Positions 36,301 through 45,048 of a stretch of DNA of 64,000 nucleotides are shown here, one piece after another. Numbering within the stretch: the stretch's first letter is position 1; every line of letters begins with the position of its first letter. The DNA comes from Oscillospiraceae bacterium (GTDB lineage: Bacteria; Bacillota; Clostridia; Oscillospirales; CAG-272). The stretch is taken from assembly GCA_015064845.1 (NCBI GenBank), contig SVRL01000007.1:1790-65789 (forward strand), written 5' to 3'. The notes beneath the pieces were generated by a model. It saw only the letters and a list, made by a program, of their open reading frames with translations. It had not been told where the DNA came from and searched no databases. Position numbers and translations under genes: made by a program.

Positions 36301-36450
36301 CGTAACATCGAATTTGCATTCCTTGATGTTTACAACAACGACGCAGTTCCCAGCGAAGCGCTTCAGGACTATACCAATACAATCAACGCGGAATTTACAA
36401 GAAAGCGTGAAGAGCTCGATCGTAAATTCTTCATTCCTGCAAAGAAATAA
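33313..36450 (+). CDS. Giant extracellular solute-binding protein: signal/anchor, two CBM6/35-like beta-sandwich modules and a CUT1-type sugar-binding domain
   Basis: AAGGAGG RBS and ATG at 33313. Hydrophobic N-terminus. Duplicated module: SVSWKVNITESGLYAMDILY...GEHVITLEA and WIEWTFTVPESGMYVISTRF...GEHTFRLEV. The C-terminal 450 aa are SBP_bac_1-like (PNTWDEFNAIMPIL). Confidence 0.85.
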   Translation: MENSKLKRVVALVLSAIMVFCLFVTANPASLVAASAAAEKDTSTTDEALEILDDDKWLEYKAKNSKYPNYKGENIVIDSDDLASPEKVEVVEYDGKQNVVFVPDTGSVSWKVNITESGLYAMDILYNYLGSDDTRAKATDIERTLRIDDEVPYTELRNLVFTKKWVDQLNKYVLKDGEMVKEKSNKNLSATIYDANGNAVKTFADEELPMAVYDANGNIVTIFYEKDGADNERRPVKVLEPEWTEYTLNDPTGNYSGEFYIYLEQGEHVITLEAQKEYMYVASITLRARESLMSYEEYKNMYKDKPKATTSVRLEAEYFTSTSSRTIYGQNDRSSAITSPQHPSYSWINDVGGRNGSYNWASIGQWIEWTFTVPESGMYVISTRFLQDALEGLYVSRRIYIDGEVPFEEANNLQFLFDKSWQGDTLNAGGEDLEFYFEKGEHTFRLEVNYGGLGDMVAELRDCVTRINAIYVKILTISGSSPDPYMDYFYYQRMPEEIQEMGQLAKRLTAVSEQMKAISGGESSSSTATVENVARVLEKMSKDSERQIAKNFAQLKSYIGNLGTWINNIGQQALIVDYFEIKPAGGEDPKGEGNFFVNAWYEICMFWYSFIRDNSSYGSAEGQEGVTTVDVWTTVSREYTQIIRTIIDQDFAKEYPNIAINLKLVTMGTLLPATLSGVGPDVMMDVTSSDCINYAVRGAVLDLSKYEGFNEMRYGNPETGVEAYFHESSWTPFTVALDSSEGEQAVFGIPEKQSFNVMFYRKDIFADLGLKVPNTWDEFNAIMPILVSQNYDIGMSHDIGVFNTFVYQHGGELYTNGGTTISFDEDVTLDAFTELCKFFTTYNFPLKFDAANRFRSGEMPMFIGDYITYYNQFTVFAPELKGLWGFTTVPGTVQEDGTVNKSIVTTMNSIVIMMDAADRGKDQLGFNFIKWWMSGDIQGQYANELVALLGPAGKYATANIHAFGDMSWTANELAEIENQFANLKGVPEMPGSYIIARNIEFAFLDVYNNDAVPSEALQDYTNTINAEFTRKREELDRKFFIPAKK

Positions 36451-36474
36451 AATTTAGCAAAGGAGAATACGGAC

Positions 36475-37437
36475 ATGTCAGAAAATGCTGTTGGAAAAAC
36501 CCAAAAAGCGCCGAAACCCGTGGCGCGTAAAGAAATGACCAAGTGGCAATGGACATGGAAAGAAATGAAACGTAACTATGCCGCATATCTTATGTGCGCA
36601 CCGTACTTCCTCATTTTCTTCACATTTACCGTTTTGCCTGTTATTCTTTCGGTATTTTTCAGTTTCACAGTTTTTAATATGATTGAGCCTCCGAAGTGGT
36701 ACGGCTTGGGTAACTACATGCGTCTCTTCCTGGATGACGAAATCTTCATTCAGGCGATCATGAACACACTCGTGTTCGCCGTTATGACGGGACCTGTTTC
36801 TTACCTTCTCTCGTTGTTTACCGCTTGGTTCATCAACGAACTTCCTCCGAAGATCAGAGCGGTTGTAACCTTGATCTTCTACGCACCTTCTCTTTCCACA
36901 GGTATGACATTTATCTGGAAGATCCTCTTCGACGGTGACTCCTATGGTTATGCCAACTCCATCCTTATGCGTTTGGATATTATTCAGGCGCCGATTCAGT
37001 TCTTCCAGAACGAAACTTACGTAATGCCTCTTTGTATCGTTGTTGCCCTCTGGACATCTTTGGGTGTATCCTTCCTTTCCTTTATCGGTGGTTTGCAGAC
37101 AGTTCCGAAGGACCAGTTCGAAGCTGCTGCGGTTGACGGTATCAAGAACAGATGGCAGGAACTTTGGTACGTAACCCTTCCGAACATGAAGCAGCAGATG
37201 CTCTTCGGTGCGGTTATGGCGATTACACAGTCCTTTAACTTCGGTACGGTTGTAAACGACCTTGCCGGCTTCCCCAGCGTAAACTATTGCGCACATACAA
37301 TCATGCACCATCTTCAGGACTACGGCGGCCAGCGTTTCGAGGTTGGTTATTCTTCCGCGATCGCGGTTGTGCTCTTCATCATGATGATCGGCTCCAACAT
37401 GCTTGTAAATAAAATTTTGAACAAGGTGGGACAATGA
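36475..37437 (+). CDS. Sugar ABC transporter permease (MalF-type), pair 1
   Basis: 6 TM helices and an EAA loop (FEAAAVDGIKNRWQELWYVTLP). Confidence 0.92.
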   Translation: MSENAVGKTQKAPKPVARKEMTKWQWTWKEMKRNYAAYLMCAPYFLIFFTFTVLPVILSVFFSFTVFNMIEPPKWYGLGNYMRLFLDDEIFIQAIMNTLVFAVMTGPVSYLLSLFTAWFINELPPKIRAVVTLIFYAPSLSTGMTFIWKILFDGDSYGYANSILMRLDIIQAPIQFFQNETYVMPLCIVVALWTSLGVSFLSFIGGLQTVPKDQFEAAAVDGIKNRWQELWYVTLPNMKQQMLFGAVMAITQSFNFGTVVNDLAGFPSVNYCAHTIMHHLQDYGGQRFEVGYSSAIAVVLFIMMIGSNMLVNKILNKVGQ

Positions 37438-37438
37438 T

Positions 37439-38314
37439 ATGTCAAAGAAATTAAGAACAAGAAATCATAAAGTTGTCCTCAACCGTTCCGCGGGAGGCGA
37501 CTTCGGAATTACAGTATTCCTGGTAATTTTCGGCGCGTTCATGTTTATTCCGCTGTACTACGCAATCGTACAGTCTCTCAAACCGCTTGATGAACTTTGG
37601 AACTATCCTCCGAAATTCTACGTTGTAAAACCCACGTTCAGCAACTTCGGTGATATGTTTAAGAGTATGTCTTCTTCTTGGGTTCCGTTCTCTCGTTACA
37701 TTTTTAACACCGTCCTCATTTCCGTAGGCGGTACGTTCGGTAACTTGTTCCTCGGTTCTCTTGCAGCTTACGTTGTATCCAAAATCAAATTCCCCGGCCG
37801 TAATATGTTGTTCGGCGCAGTTCGTCTTTCTCTTATGTTTACGGCTACCGTTACCGCGATCGTAAACTATATGACAATGAGTGCGCTCGGCCTCGTTGAT
37901 ACTTATTGGGCATTGATCATCCCCGCATGGGGCGCAACGCTCGGTATGTTCCTTATGCGTCAGTTCATGGTTTCCGGTATTTCCGACGCCGTTCTGGAAT
38001 CTGCCCGTCTTGATGGTTCCAGCGAACTTCGTACCTACTGGACCATTGCAATGCCGATGGTAAAACCCGCATGGCTGACACTTATCGTGTACTCCTTCAA
38101 GGATTTGTGGAACACCGGTGCTTCCACTTATATCCAGAGTGAACAGCTCAAAACCTTCAACTATGCAATTTCTCAGATCGTATCCGGCGGTATCGCCCGT
38201 GCGGGTGTCGGCGCGGCTGCTGCGGTTGTTATGTTGATCGTTCCCGTAACCGTATTCGTAATCAGCCAGAGTAATATCGTTGAAACGATGTCTACTTCCG
38301 GTATGAAAGACTAA
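37439..38314 (+). CDS. Sugar ABC transporter permease (MalG-type), pair 1
   Basis: EAA loop (LESARLDGSSELRTYWTIAMP). 1-nt gap to the upstream gene. Confidence 0.92.
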   Translation: MSKKLRTRNHKVVLNRSAGGDFGITVFLVIFGAFMFIPLYYAIVQSLKPLDELWNYPPKFYVVKPTFSNFGDMFKSMSSSWVPFSRYIFNTVLISVGGTFGNLFLGSLAAYVVSKIKFPGRNMLFGAVRLSLMFTATVTAIVNYMTMSALGLVDTYWALIIPAWGATLGMFLMRQFMVSGISDAVLESARLDGSSELRTYWTIAMPMVKPAWLTLIVYSFKDLWNTGASTYIQSEQLKTFNYAISQIVSGGIARAGVGAAAAVVMLIVPVTVFVISQSNIVETMSTSGMKD

Positions 38315-38334
38315 TTATAAGGGAGGAAGCAATT

Positions 38335-40488
38335 TTGAAAAAATTAACAAGAATAGTTGTGTTGCTGTTGAGCTTCGTCCTCCTTGCCGGTGGCGTAGCT
38401 TGCCAGGCGGCAGAAGCTATGTACTACACCTATACCTACTCCATTAACGGCGAAGTTCTCACTTCTCCTCATGCTTATACTCCGGATAAATCCGTTAACT
38501 CCTATACGATGAATTTGTCCGAACCTTTGAATGATCCCAAGGATATTTTCGTTGACGAAAAAGGCAACGGCTATATCTACATTTCCGATGTTGATGCAAA
38601 CGGCAACGGTCGCGTTGTCGTTTGCGACCCCAACTTCATTTATCAGTACACCATCAGCGAATTCACAAACGCGCAGGGCGTACCGGATAAACTGAAATCT
38701 CCCGAGGGTCTCTTCATTTATGAAACTTCTCTTTACGTTTGCGATAAAGAGAATGCGCGTATCGTTATTTTCGATACACAGACGAAGGAATTCAAGTCTA
38801 TCATTGAAGCTCCCGAAGCAGGCGTTATGGGTTCGGATACCGTATTCCGTCCCGTTGCTGTCGGCGTAAACGCTTCCGGAACCACTTATATCGTTTCCGA
38901 CCAGACTTATTCCGGTATTATTGCTTTGAACCCCGACGGTTCTTTCCAGGCATTCCTCGGCGCACAGAAGACATCCGTTTCCTTGGCTGTCCGTATCCGC
39001 CGTATGATTTTCCCCACCATTACAACAGAATCCTATATCTCTACTCCTTATAAGAATTTGACCATGGACGACGAAGGTCAGATGTGGGCAACCATCATCT
39101 TTGGTCCGGATGAAGAAAAATCTTTGACCACTGCCATCCAGTCTCTTTCCACCGATGCAACCTACGCACCGATCAAGAGATTGAACGCAAAAGGTGATGA
39201 TATCATGGTTCGTAACGGCTTCGCAATGCCTGCCGGCGAAATCATGTTCAGCGACATTAAGGATATGACCAAAGAAGTTGGTCCTTCCGAACTCGTTGAT
39301 ATTGCAATGGGTCCCAACGGTATGTGGTCTGTTGTTGACTCCAAACGCGGTAAGATTTATACCTACGATATGGAAGGTAACCTCTTGTTTGCGTTCGGTG
39401 ACAAAGGTCAGCAGCTCGGACACCTTTTCACTCCCGTTGCTATCACATATCGCGGCAGCGATATCATGGTTCTTGACAGTAACCTTGATGCTGTTATCGT
39501 TTATAAGAGAACAGACTACGGCGACGTTATCGACCAGGCCCTCATGCACAATGAAAAACGTGAATATTCCGCAGCATTTGCTGACTGGCAGGATATTCTC
39601 AGAAGAAACCAGAACTTCGACGCTGCTTACGTTGGTATCGGTAAAAACCTGTACCGTCAGGGCGATTACGAAAACGCAATGCAGTATTACAAAGACGCAC
39701 ACGAAACCGAAAACTATTCCGTTGCTTTCCAGGCTTACAGAAAACAGTCCACAGAAAAGTCTATCGGTTGGATTGCTTTGATTGCTGTTGTTGTAATCAT
39801 TGCGCTCAGCAAAGCTTTCGGTTATATCGGCAGAAAGAACAAAGCCGGTGTGGTTAAAGTCGGCAAACGTACCCTTTGGGAAGAATTCCTTTACGGCTTC
39901 TATGTAATCCTTCATCCGTTTGACGGTTTCTGGGATTTGAAACACGAAAAACGCGGCTCCGTTCGCGGCGGTCTCTGCATTTTGCTCCTTACCGTTCTTT
40001 CCGTTGTTTATAATAATATCGGCTCCGCTTATCTCTTTGGCGGCGGCGACAAAGTAAACGTAGCAGGTCCGATGATCTCTGTTTTGGTTCTCGTTGCTCT
40101 TTGGGTCATTGCAAACTGGTGTCTTACCACTTTGTTTGACGGCGAAGGCAGCTTGAAGGACATCTTCATTGCAACATGCTACTCTCTCATGCCGATTCCG
40201 ATCATCATGATCCCCGCAACCATCGCAACCAATTTCTGCTCTCTCGCAGAAGCTGAATTTATTACTCTTGCTCTCGGCATTGCGTATGTATGGACCGGTA
40301 TGCTCATCGTCTTCGGTTCCATGACAACTCACGGCTACGGCATGGGACGTAATATCGCAATCTGCTTCTTTACCATTATCGGTATGGTATTTATCACGTT
40401 CTTGGCAGTATTGTTCTGGAACTTGATTACCCGAATGGTTTCCTTTGTTTCCGATATTATCACGGAAATTTCGTATCGCACAGATTAA
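38335..40488 (+). CDS. Signal peptide, NHL-repeat beta-propeller, TPR and C-terminal Yip1-like multi-TM domain
   Basis: TTG start 8 nt after GGGAGG. At least five NHL-like blades (e.g. PKDIFVDEKGNGYIYISD, PEGLFIYETSLYVCDKENARIVIFD, PVAITYRGSDIMVLDSNLDAVIVY). TPR (YRQGDYENAMQYYKDA). Yip1-like segment (ILHPFDGFWDLK) followed by 5 TM helices. Confidence 0.8.
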   Translation: MKKLTRIVVLLLSFVLLAGGVACQAAEAMYYTYTYSINGEVLTSPHAYTPDKSVNSYTMNLSEPLNDPKDIFVDEKGNGYIYISDVDANGNGRVVVCDPNFIYQYTISEFTNAQGVPDKLKSPEGLFIYETSLYVCDKENARIVIFDTQTKEFKSIIEAPEAGVMGSDTVFRPVAVGVNASGTTYIVSDQTYSGIIALNPDGSFQAFLGAQKTSVSLAVRIRRMIFPTITTESYISTPYKNLTMDDEGQMWATIIFGPDEEKSLTTAIQSLSTDATYAPIKRLNAKGDDIMVRNGFAMPAGEIMFSDIKDMTKEVGPSELVDIAMGPNGMWSVVDSKRGKIYTYDMEGNLLFAFGDKGQQLGHLFTPVAITYRGSDIMVLDSNLDAVIVYKRTDYGDVIDQALMHNEKREYSAAFADWQDILRRNQNFDAAYVGIGKNLYRQGDYENAMQYYKDAHETENYSVAFQAYRKQSTEKSIGWIALIAVVVIIALSKAFGYIGRKNKAGVVKVGKRTLWEEFLYGFYVILHPFDGFWDLKHEKRGSVRGGLCILLLTVLSVVYNNIGSAYLFGGGDKVNVAGPMISVLVLVALWVIANWCLTTLFDGEGSLKDIFIATCYSLMPIPIIMIPATIATNFCSLAEAEFITLALGIAYVWTGMLIVFGSMTTHGYGMGRNIAICFFTIIGMVFITFLAVLFWNLITRMVSFVSDIITEISYRTD

Positions 40489-40504
40489 AACAGGAGGTTA
40501 ATCT

Positions 40505-43500
40505 ATGAAAAAAATCAGAATTCTTTCAGCGGTTCTGGCAATTCTGCTTGCTTTTTCGGCAATAAGCCTGCCTGTTTTTGGGGCAGATATTGAAAATTAT
40601 CCTTCGACTGAAGACTGGGAATCCCAACAGTTGAAGGTTGCCGAAATGACTTGCATGTATGAAGATGACAACTGGAGAATGTATTTCGATGAAAAGTCTG
40701 CAGAATTTGCTTTGCAGAACAAAAAAACCGGCGAATATACTTTCTCTAACCCTTATGACATTGATTTGATTTCCACTGCATTGTCCAATGATGATCTTGC
40801 AAATGCAGACCCCATCAGACAGGCATTGCTTTCTCAGATTATCTTGACTTATGAAGATATTGAGACAGCTGTAACTTACACCATGAAGAGCTATACTGAC
40901 GCGGTTCTTGCCGGCGGTCAGGTTGCTTTCACTCCTATTTCTGACGGTGTTCGTGTAGAATATGCGATCGGTACGTTGGAAACCAAGCGTCTGTTCCCTA
41001 TGTGGGTTGACCAGACCAGCTTTGAAAATCAGATCCTCAGCAAATTCCAGGAAAATACCGCAAGCTTTACTTCCGTAGAAAAAAATATCTATAACTTGCT
41101 TATGGATAAGAAAAACGGTTCGGTTTACAAATTGGTTGACCCCGTTAAACCCGGCTCTACCTATGACCCTCAGTCTGTACCGAACCCCAACGTTCCCGAA
41201 ACTTACGAATATCTCGTAAACAATCCGGATAAGCAAATGTACGTTTTGATTACGAACTCTGCTCGTACCAAAAAGACATTGGAAAGCATGATCCGTAAAT
41301 ATTGCCCCGAATATACCTTTGACAAATTGGAAGAAGACCATGAACTCACAGGCTATGAAGGCAATGAAAAAGAACCTCCGCTTTTCCGTATGGCTCTTGA
41401 ATACAGAGTTGATAAGAAAGGCTTGACGGTTACAATCCCCGCAAAATCCATTCGTTTCAATGAAACAAACTACCGCCTCAGCACCATTGCCGTTCTTCCT
41501 TACTTCGGCTGCTCTGCTACAGGTAAGACTACCGGTGACGTTGGTGACGAAGACGGTTCCATGACCAGAGAAGACGGTTATATTTTCATTCCTGACGGCA
41601 GCGGTACGCTCCTCAGCTTCTATAATGAAGACGGCACGTTGAAGACGGACGTTAACTTGACCGGTTCTCTTTATGGCAACGACTATACGTTCGAAACCAT
41701 CGATGCAGTAAATGCGAATGAAAAAACATACCGTGTTCCCGTATTCGGTTTGGTAGAAGAATATTCCATTACCAAGGTCGTTCAGGGTAATACCAGAGGT
41801 TCCGTTGGTGGTGAAACAGCTCCTTCCTATAATAAGAAGACTGATTACACTCGCGGTTTCTTAGCAATTATCGAAGAAGGCGATTCCTTTGCTTCCATTC
41901 GTGCCGACCTTAAGAAGGCACCTTGGGCAGGCGCTTCCGGTAGCGTTGTTTACAATACTGTATACACGAACTTTACCGTTAAACGTAACGACTCTGTTAA
42001 CGTAGGTTCTTCTATTGGCGGAGGCAACTCTTCCATGACTGCAACCGATGATACCAAGTACATTGGTAACTATTCCGTTCGTTATATTATGCTTTCCGAT
42101 CCCGAAGTTGCTGCACAGAACAACTATTCTTCCTTTGAACCTTCCTACATCGGTATGGCTAAGGCTTACCGCAACTACTTGATCGAAAACGGCAGCATTG
42201 ACGAACTTCAGAAACAGGAAACTGAATCTAAACTTCCTCTTTATATCCACGCTTTCGGTGCTTTGAATGCACAGGATACCTTCCTTTCCATTCCGATTAC
42301 CGTGGAAAAACCCTTGACAACATTTGCTGACGTTATTACCATGAGCGAAGACCTCAAAAAGGAAAACATCACAAACGTGAACTTCATTCTTGAAGGCTTT
42401 GCAAACGGCAATATGTCCAAACCTTACTATCCCACTTATGTAAAATGGGGTAAAAAGGTTGGCGGCGAAGATGGCTTGAATGAACTTCTCCTTTATGCTG
42501 ATCAGAACGGCATCGGCGTATATCCCGAATTCGATTTCTCCACAGCTTATTGGGTAAAAACATTCTCCGGCTTCTCTTACCGTAAACACGCTGCAAGAGC
42601 GATGAGCGGACGTTACACAACAAAACGTGACTACGACTACGTATTCCAGGTAGTTAAAAAGTTCGGTATGGGTAACGTTGTTTCCTCCGGCGCATACTTG
42701 AATCTCTTTGAAAAGTTTGCAAAAGATTATGACAAATATGCAATCGGCGGTATCTCCGTTCTTTCTCTCGGTACAGATTTGAACTCTGACTTCAACGAAG
42801 ATTATCCTATTACCCGCGAAGATTCCAAAGTGAATACACAGGATCTTTTGGCTAAGATTTCCGAGAAATACGGCAATGTTATCGTCGAAGGCGGTAACGC
42901 ATATTCCTGGGCTTACGCAACGGATATCGTTAATATTCCTCTCGGCAACAGCCGTTACCAGAAGGCTCCCGATTCCATTCCTTTCATCGGTATGGTTCTC
43001 CACGGTTACATGAATTACACCGGCGGTGTTATCAATACATCCGGCGACATTCAGTACGAAATTCTGAAATCCTTGGAAAACGGCGCTTCTCTCTATTTCT
43101 TGCTTTCTTACCAGAACTCCAATGAATTCAAGAACTCTTTCGCAATGGGCTTGAATGAAAACTATTCCGTAAACTATCAGACATGGCGCGATGACGTTGT
43201 GAAGTATTATAACCAGCTCAACTCTGCGATCGGTTCTCTCCAGACAGCAACCATCACAGATCATGGTTTCATCGATGCTTACAACGCAAACGCAGAAACG
43301 GCAAACTATCTCTTCGGTCAGTACAATGCTTCTAAGAATGCATATTTCGGTTTGAAAGCTGATTACGAAGCTGCCATCAAGAACACTGATTTGATGATTG
43401 CTCAGAACAGAGTTTCCGAAGCAAAAGATTCTTTCCAGAGAGAAAGAGAATTGCTTCCTCTTATGAACAAAGCGCTTGCTCAGTATGAAGCTTGCCTTGC

Positions 43501-44011
43501 TTTCGTAGAAAAGGAATCTGCTTCCGACGTTGTTTACGTAACTTATACCGACGATAACGGAAATGAATCCACATTCTATATCAACTACAACAGCCATGAC
43601 GTTGCGGTTGAATATGAAGGCGGCATCTATATTCTTAAAGCAGAATCCTTTGTTAACGTAGAGGATATCACTTCTGCAGAACTTGTGTCTTTGACTTCTG
43701 AAGTTGTTACCAACGCTCTTAAACCTACCGCAGGTCAGCTTAAGAACTATCAGAACGCGAAAGAAAAGTATGATGAAGCGGTTCTTACCGGTAACCAGAA
43801 CTTGATTAACAAAGCGAAAGAATCTTTGAATAATACAATCAAGGCAATCGGAACAAAAACAGCAGAAAACGTTTTGAAGATGACTTCCGCAGACGGCAAG
43901 ACCGTTGCATACTTCAACTACGAAACCTCTACCGTTCTCGTTCCCGTTTCTGAAACGGAATATAAGATTATTGCTTCTCAGTCTTATGTAATCTATAATA
44001 CAGCTGATTGA
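40505..44011 (+). CDS. 1168-aa secreted protein of unknown function (possibly DUF5696-like, from memory)
   Basis: AGGAGG RBS and signal peptide (MKKIRILSAVLAILLAFSAISLPVFGA). No catalytic motif I can name. The central region is compatible with a TIM-barrel-like fold (NVNFILEGFANGNM...GIGVYPEFDF). Confidence 0.8.
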   Translation: MKKIRILSAVLAILLAFSAISLPVFGADIENYPSTEDWESQQLKVAEMTCMYEDDNWRMYFDEKSAEFALQNKKTGEYTFSNPYDIDLISTALSNDDLANADPIRQALLSQIILTYEDIETAVTYTMKSYTDAVLAGGQVAFTPISDGVRVEYAIGTLETKRLFPMWVDQTSFENQILSKFQENTASFTSVEKNIYNLLMDKKNGSVYKLVDPVKPGSTYDPQSVPNPNVPETYEYLVNNPDKQMYVLITNSARTKKTLESMIRKYCPEYTFDKLEEDHELTGYEGNEKEPPLFRMALEYRVDKKGLTVTIPAKSIRFNETNYRLSTIAVLPYFGCSATGKTTGDVGDEDGSMTREDGYIFIPDGSGTLLSFYNEDGTLKTDVNLTGSLYGNDYTFETIDAVNANEKTYRVPVFGLVEEYSITKVVQGNTRGSVGGETAPSYNKKTDYTRGFLAIIEEGDSFASIRADLKKAPWAGASGSVVYNTVYTNFTVKRNDSVNVGSSIGGGNSSMTATDDTKYIGNYSVRYIMLSDPEVAAQNNYSSFEPSYIGMAKAYRNYLIENGSIDELQKQETESKLPLYIHAFGALNAQDTFLSIPITVEKPLTTFADVITMSEDLKKENITNVNFILEGFANGNMSKPYYPTYVKWGKKVGGEDGLNELLLYADQNGIGVYPEFDFSTAYWVKTFSGFSYRKHAARAMSGRYTTKRDYDYVFQVVKKFGMGNVVSSGAYLNLFEKFAKDYDKYAIGGISVLSLGTDLNSDFNEDYPITREDSKVNTQDLLAKISEKYGNVIVEGGNAYSWAYATDIVNIPLGNSRYQKAPDSIPFIGMVLHGYMNYTGGVINTSGDIQYEILKSLENGASLYFLLSYQNSNEFKNSFAMGLNENYSVNYQTWRDDVVKYYNQLNSAIGSLQTATITDHGFIDAYNANAETANYLFGQYNASKNAYFGLKADYEAAIKNTDLMIAQNRVSEAKDSFQRERELLPLMNKALAQYEACLAFVEKESASDVVYVTYTDDNGNESTFYINYNSHDVAVEYEGGIYILKAESFVNVEDITSAELVSLTSEVVTNALKPTAGQLKNYQNAKEKYDEAVLTGNQNLINKAKESLNNTIKAIGTKTAENVLKMTSADGKTVAYFNYETSTVLVPVSETEYKIIASQSYVIYNTAD

Positions 44012-44029
44012 GGAAAGGAGAGCTGAAAA

Positions 44030-45028
44030 ATGACAAATGAAATTACTTCGAAAAAGAAGAAACGCAAAAGCTCTTCGTTGATCGAAAGAAGAGACCGACT
44101 CGGTTGGGTTTTCATTCTTCCGTTCCTTATTGGTTTGGTTTTCCTTTACGCAAGTGTAATTTGGGAATCCTTTACCTACAGCTTTGCGCAGTACAATGTT
44201 ATTCCCGCAATCAAAGGCGGCGGTTATTCCCTTACTTTTGTTAAATTTGACAACTTTTCTGAAATTCTTTTGAAAGTTGTTGAAGGCGACACAGAAGGTA
44301 AAACCTATATTGAAATGATCTTTACAAGCTTTGCTTCTCAGATCGTTGAAATTGTTATTATCGTTATGTTCTCTTTGTTCATCGCGGTTCTTTTGAACCA
44401 GAAGATGATCGGCCGTACCGCATTCCGCGCAATTTTCTTCATTCCTGTCGTAGTTGGCGCAGGTATCATTGCAAAGATTGACGCAACGGCAAGCGAAATT
44501 TTGGATTCCATGGCAAGTCTTGACGGTATCGATATGGGTACTGCAAACGGCGGCGAAGGTTCCTCCGGACTTGTTAGTGCTATGGACGTTAATATGTTGC
44601 TCGGTAGCCTCGGGTTACCGACAACATTCACCGATATGATTGTCGGCCTTGTTGAAAGTATTTATTCCATCGTAAACCGCGCGGGTGTTCAGATGTTGAT
44701 CTTCCTTTCCGGTTTGCAGTCCATTTCTCCTGCGATTTATGAATCTTGCTCCATCGACGGTGCTTCCGGTTGGGAATCTTTCTGGAAGATCACGTTCCCG
44801 ATGCTCAGCCCCATGATTCTCGTAAATGCTTTCTACACCATTATCGACTCCTTTACGGCAGAATCCAACGAAGTTATGCAGGCCATCATCGCAATTTCCC
44901 CGAACGGCGTTCCCAGCGGCACACAGTCCGCATTGGCTTGGACATATTTCGGTATCGTTATCGTAGCGCTCTTGCTTGTAGCGCTCCTCTTCAAGAACTT
45001 CGTGTTCTATAACCGCAGAAATGACTAA
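44030..45028 (+). CDS. Sugar ABC transporter permease (MalF-type), pair 2
   Basis: Basic N-terminus, 6 TM helices, a large extracytoplasmic loop and an EAA loop (YESCSIDGASGWESFWKITFP). Confidence 0.9.
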   Translation: MTNEITSKKKKRKSSSLIERRDRLGWVFILPFLIGLVFLYASVIWESFTYSFAQYNVIPAIKGGGYSLTFVKFDNFSEILLKVVEGDTEGKTYIEMIFTSFASQIVEIVIIVMFSLFIAVLLNQKMIGRTAFRAIFFIPVVVGAGIIAKIDATASEILDSMASLDGIDMGTANGGEGSSGLVSAMDVNMLLGSLGLPTTFTDMIVGLVESIYSIVNRAGVQMLIFLSGLQSISPAIYESCSIDGASGWESFWKITFPMLSPMILVNAFYTIIDSFTAESNEVMQAIIAISPNGVPSGTQSALAWTYFGIVIVALLLVALLFKNFVFYNRRND

Positions 45029-45048
45029 GAAGGGAGGAATAAAATAAT

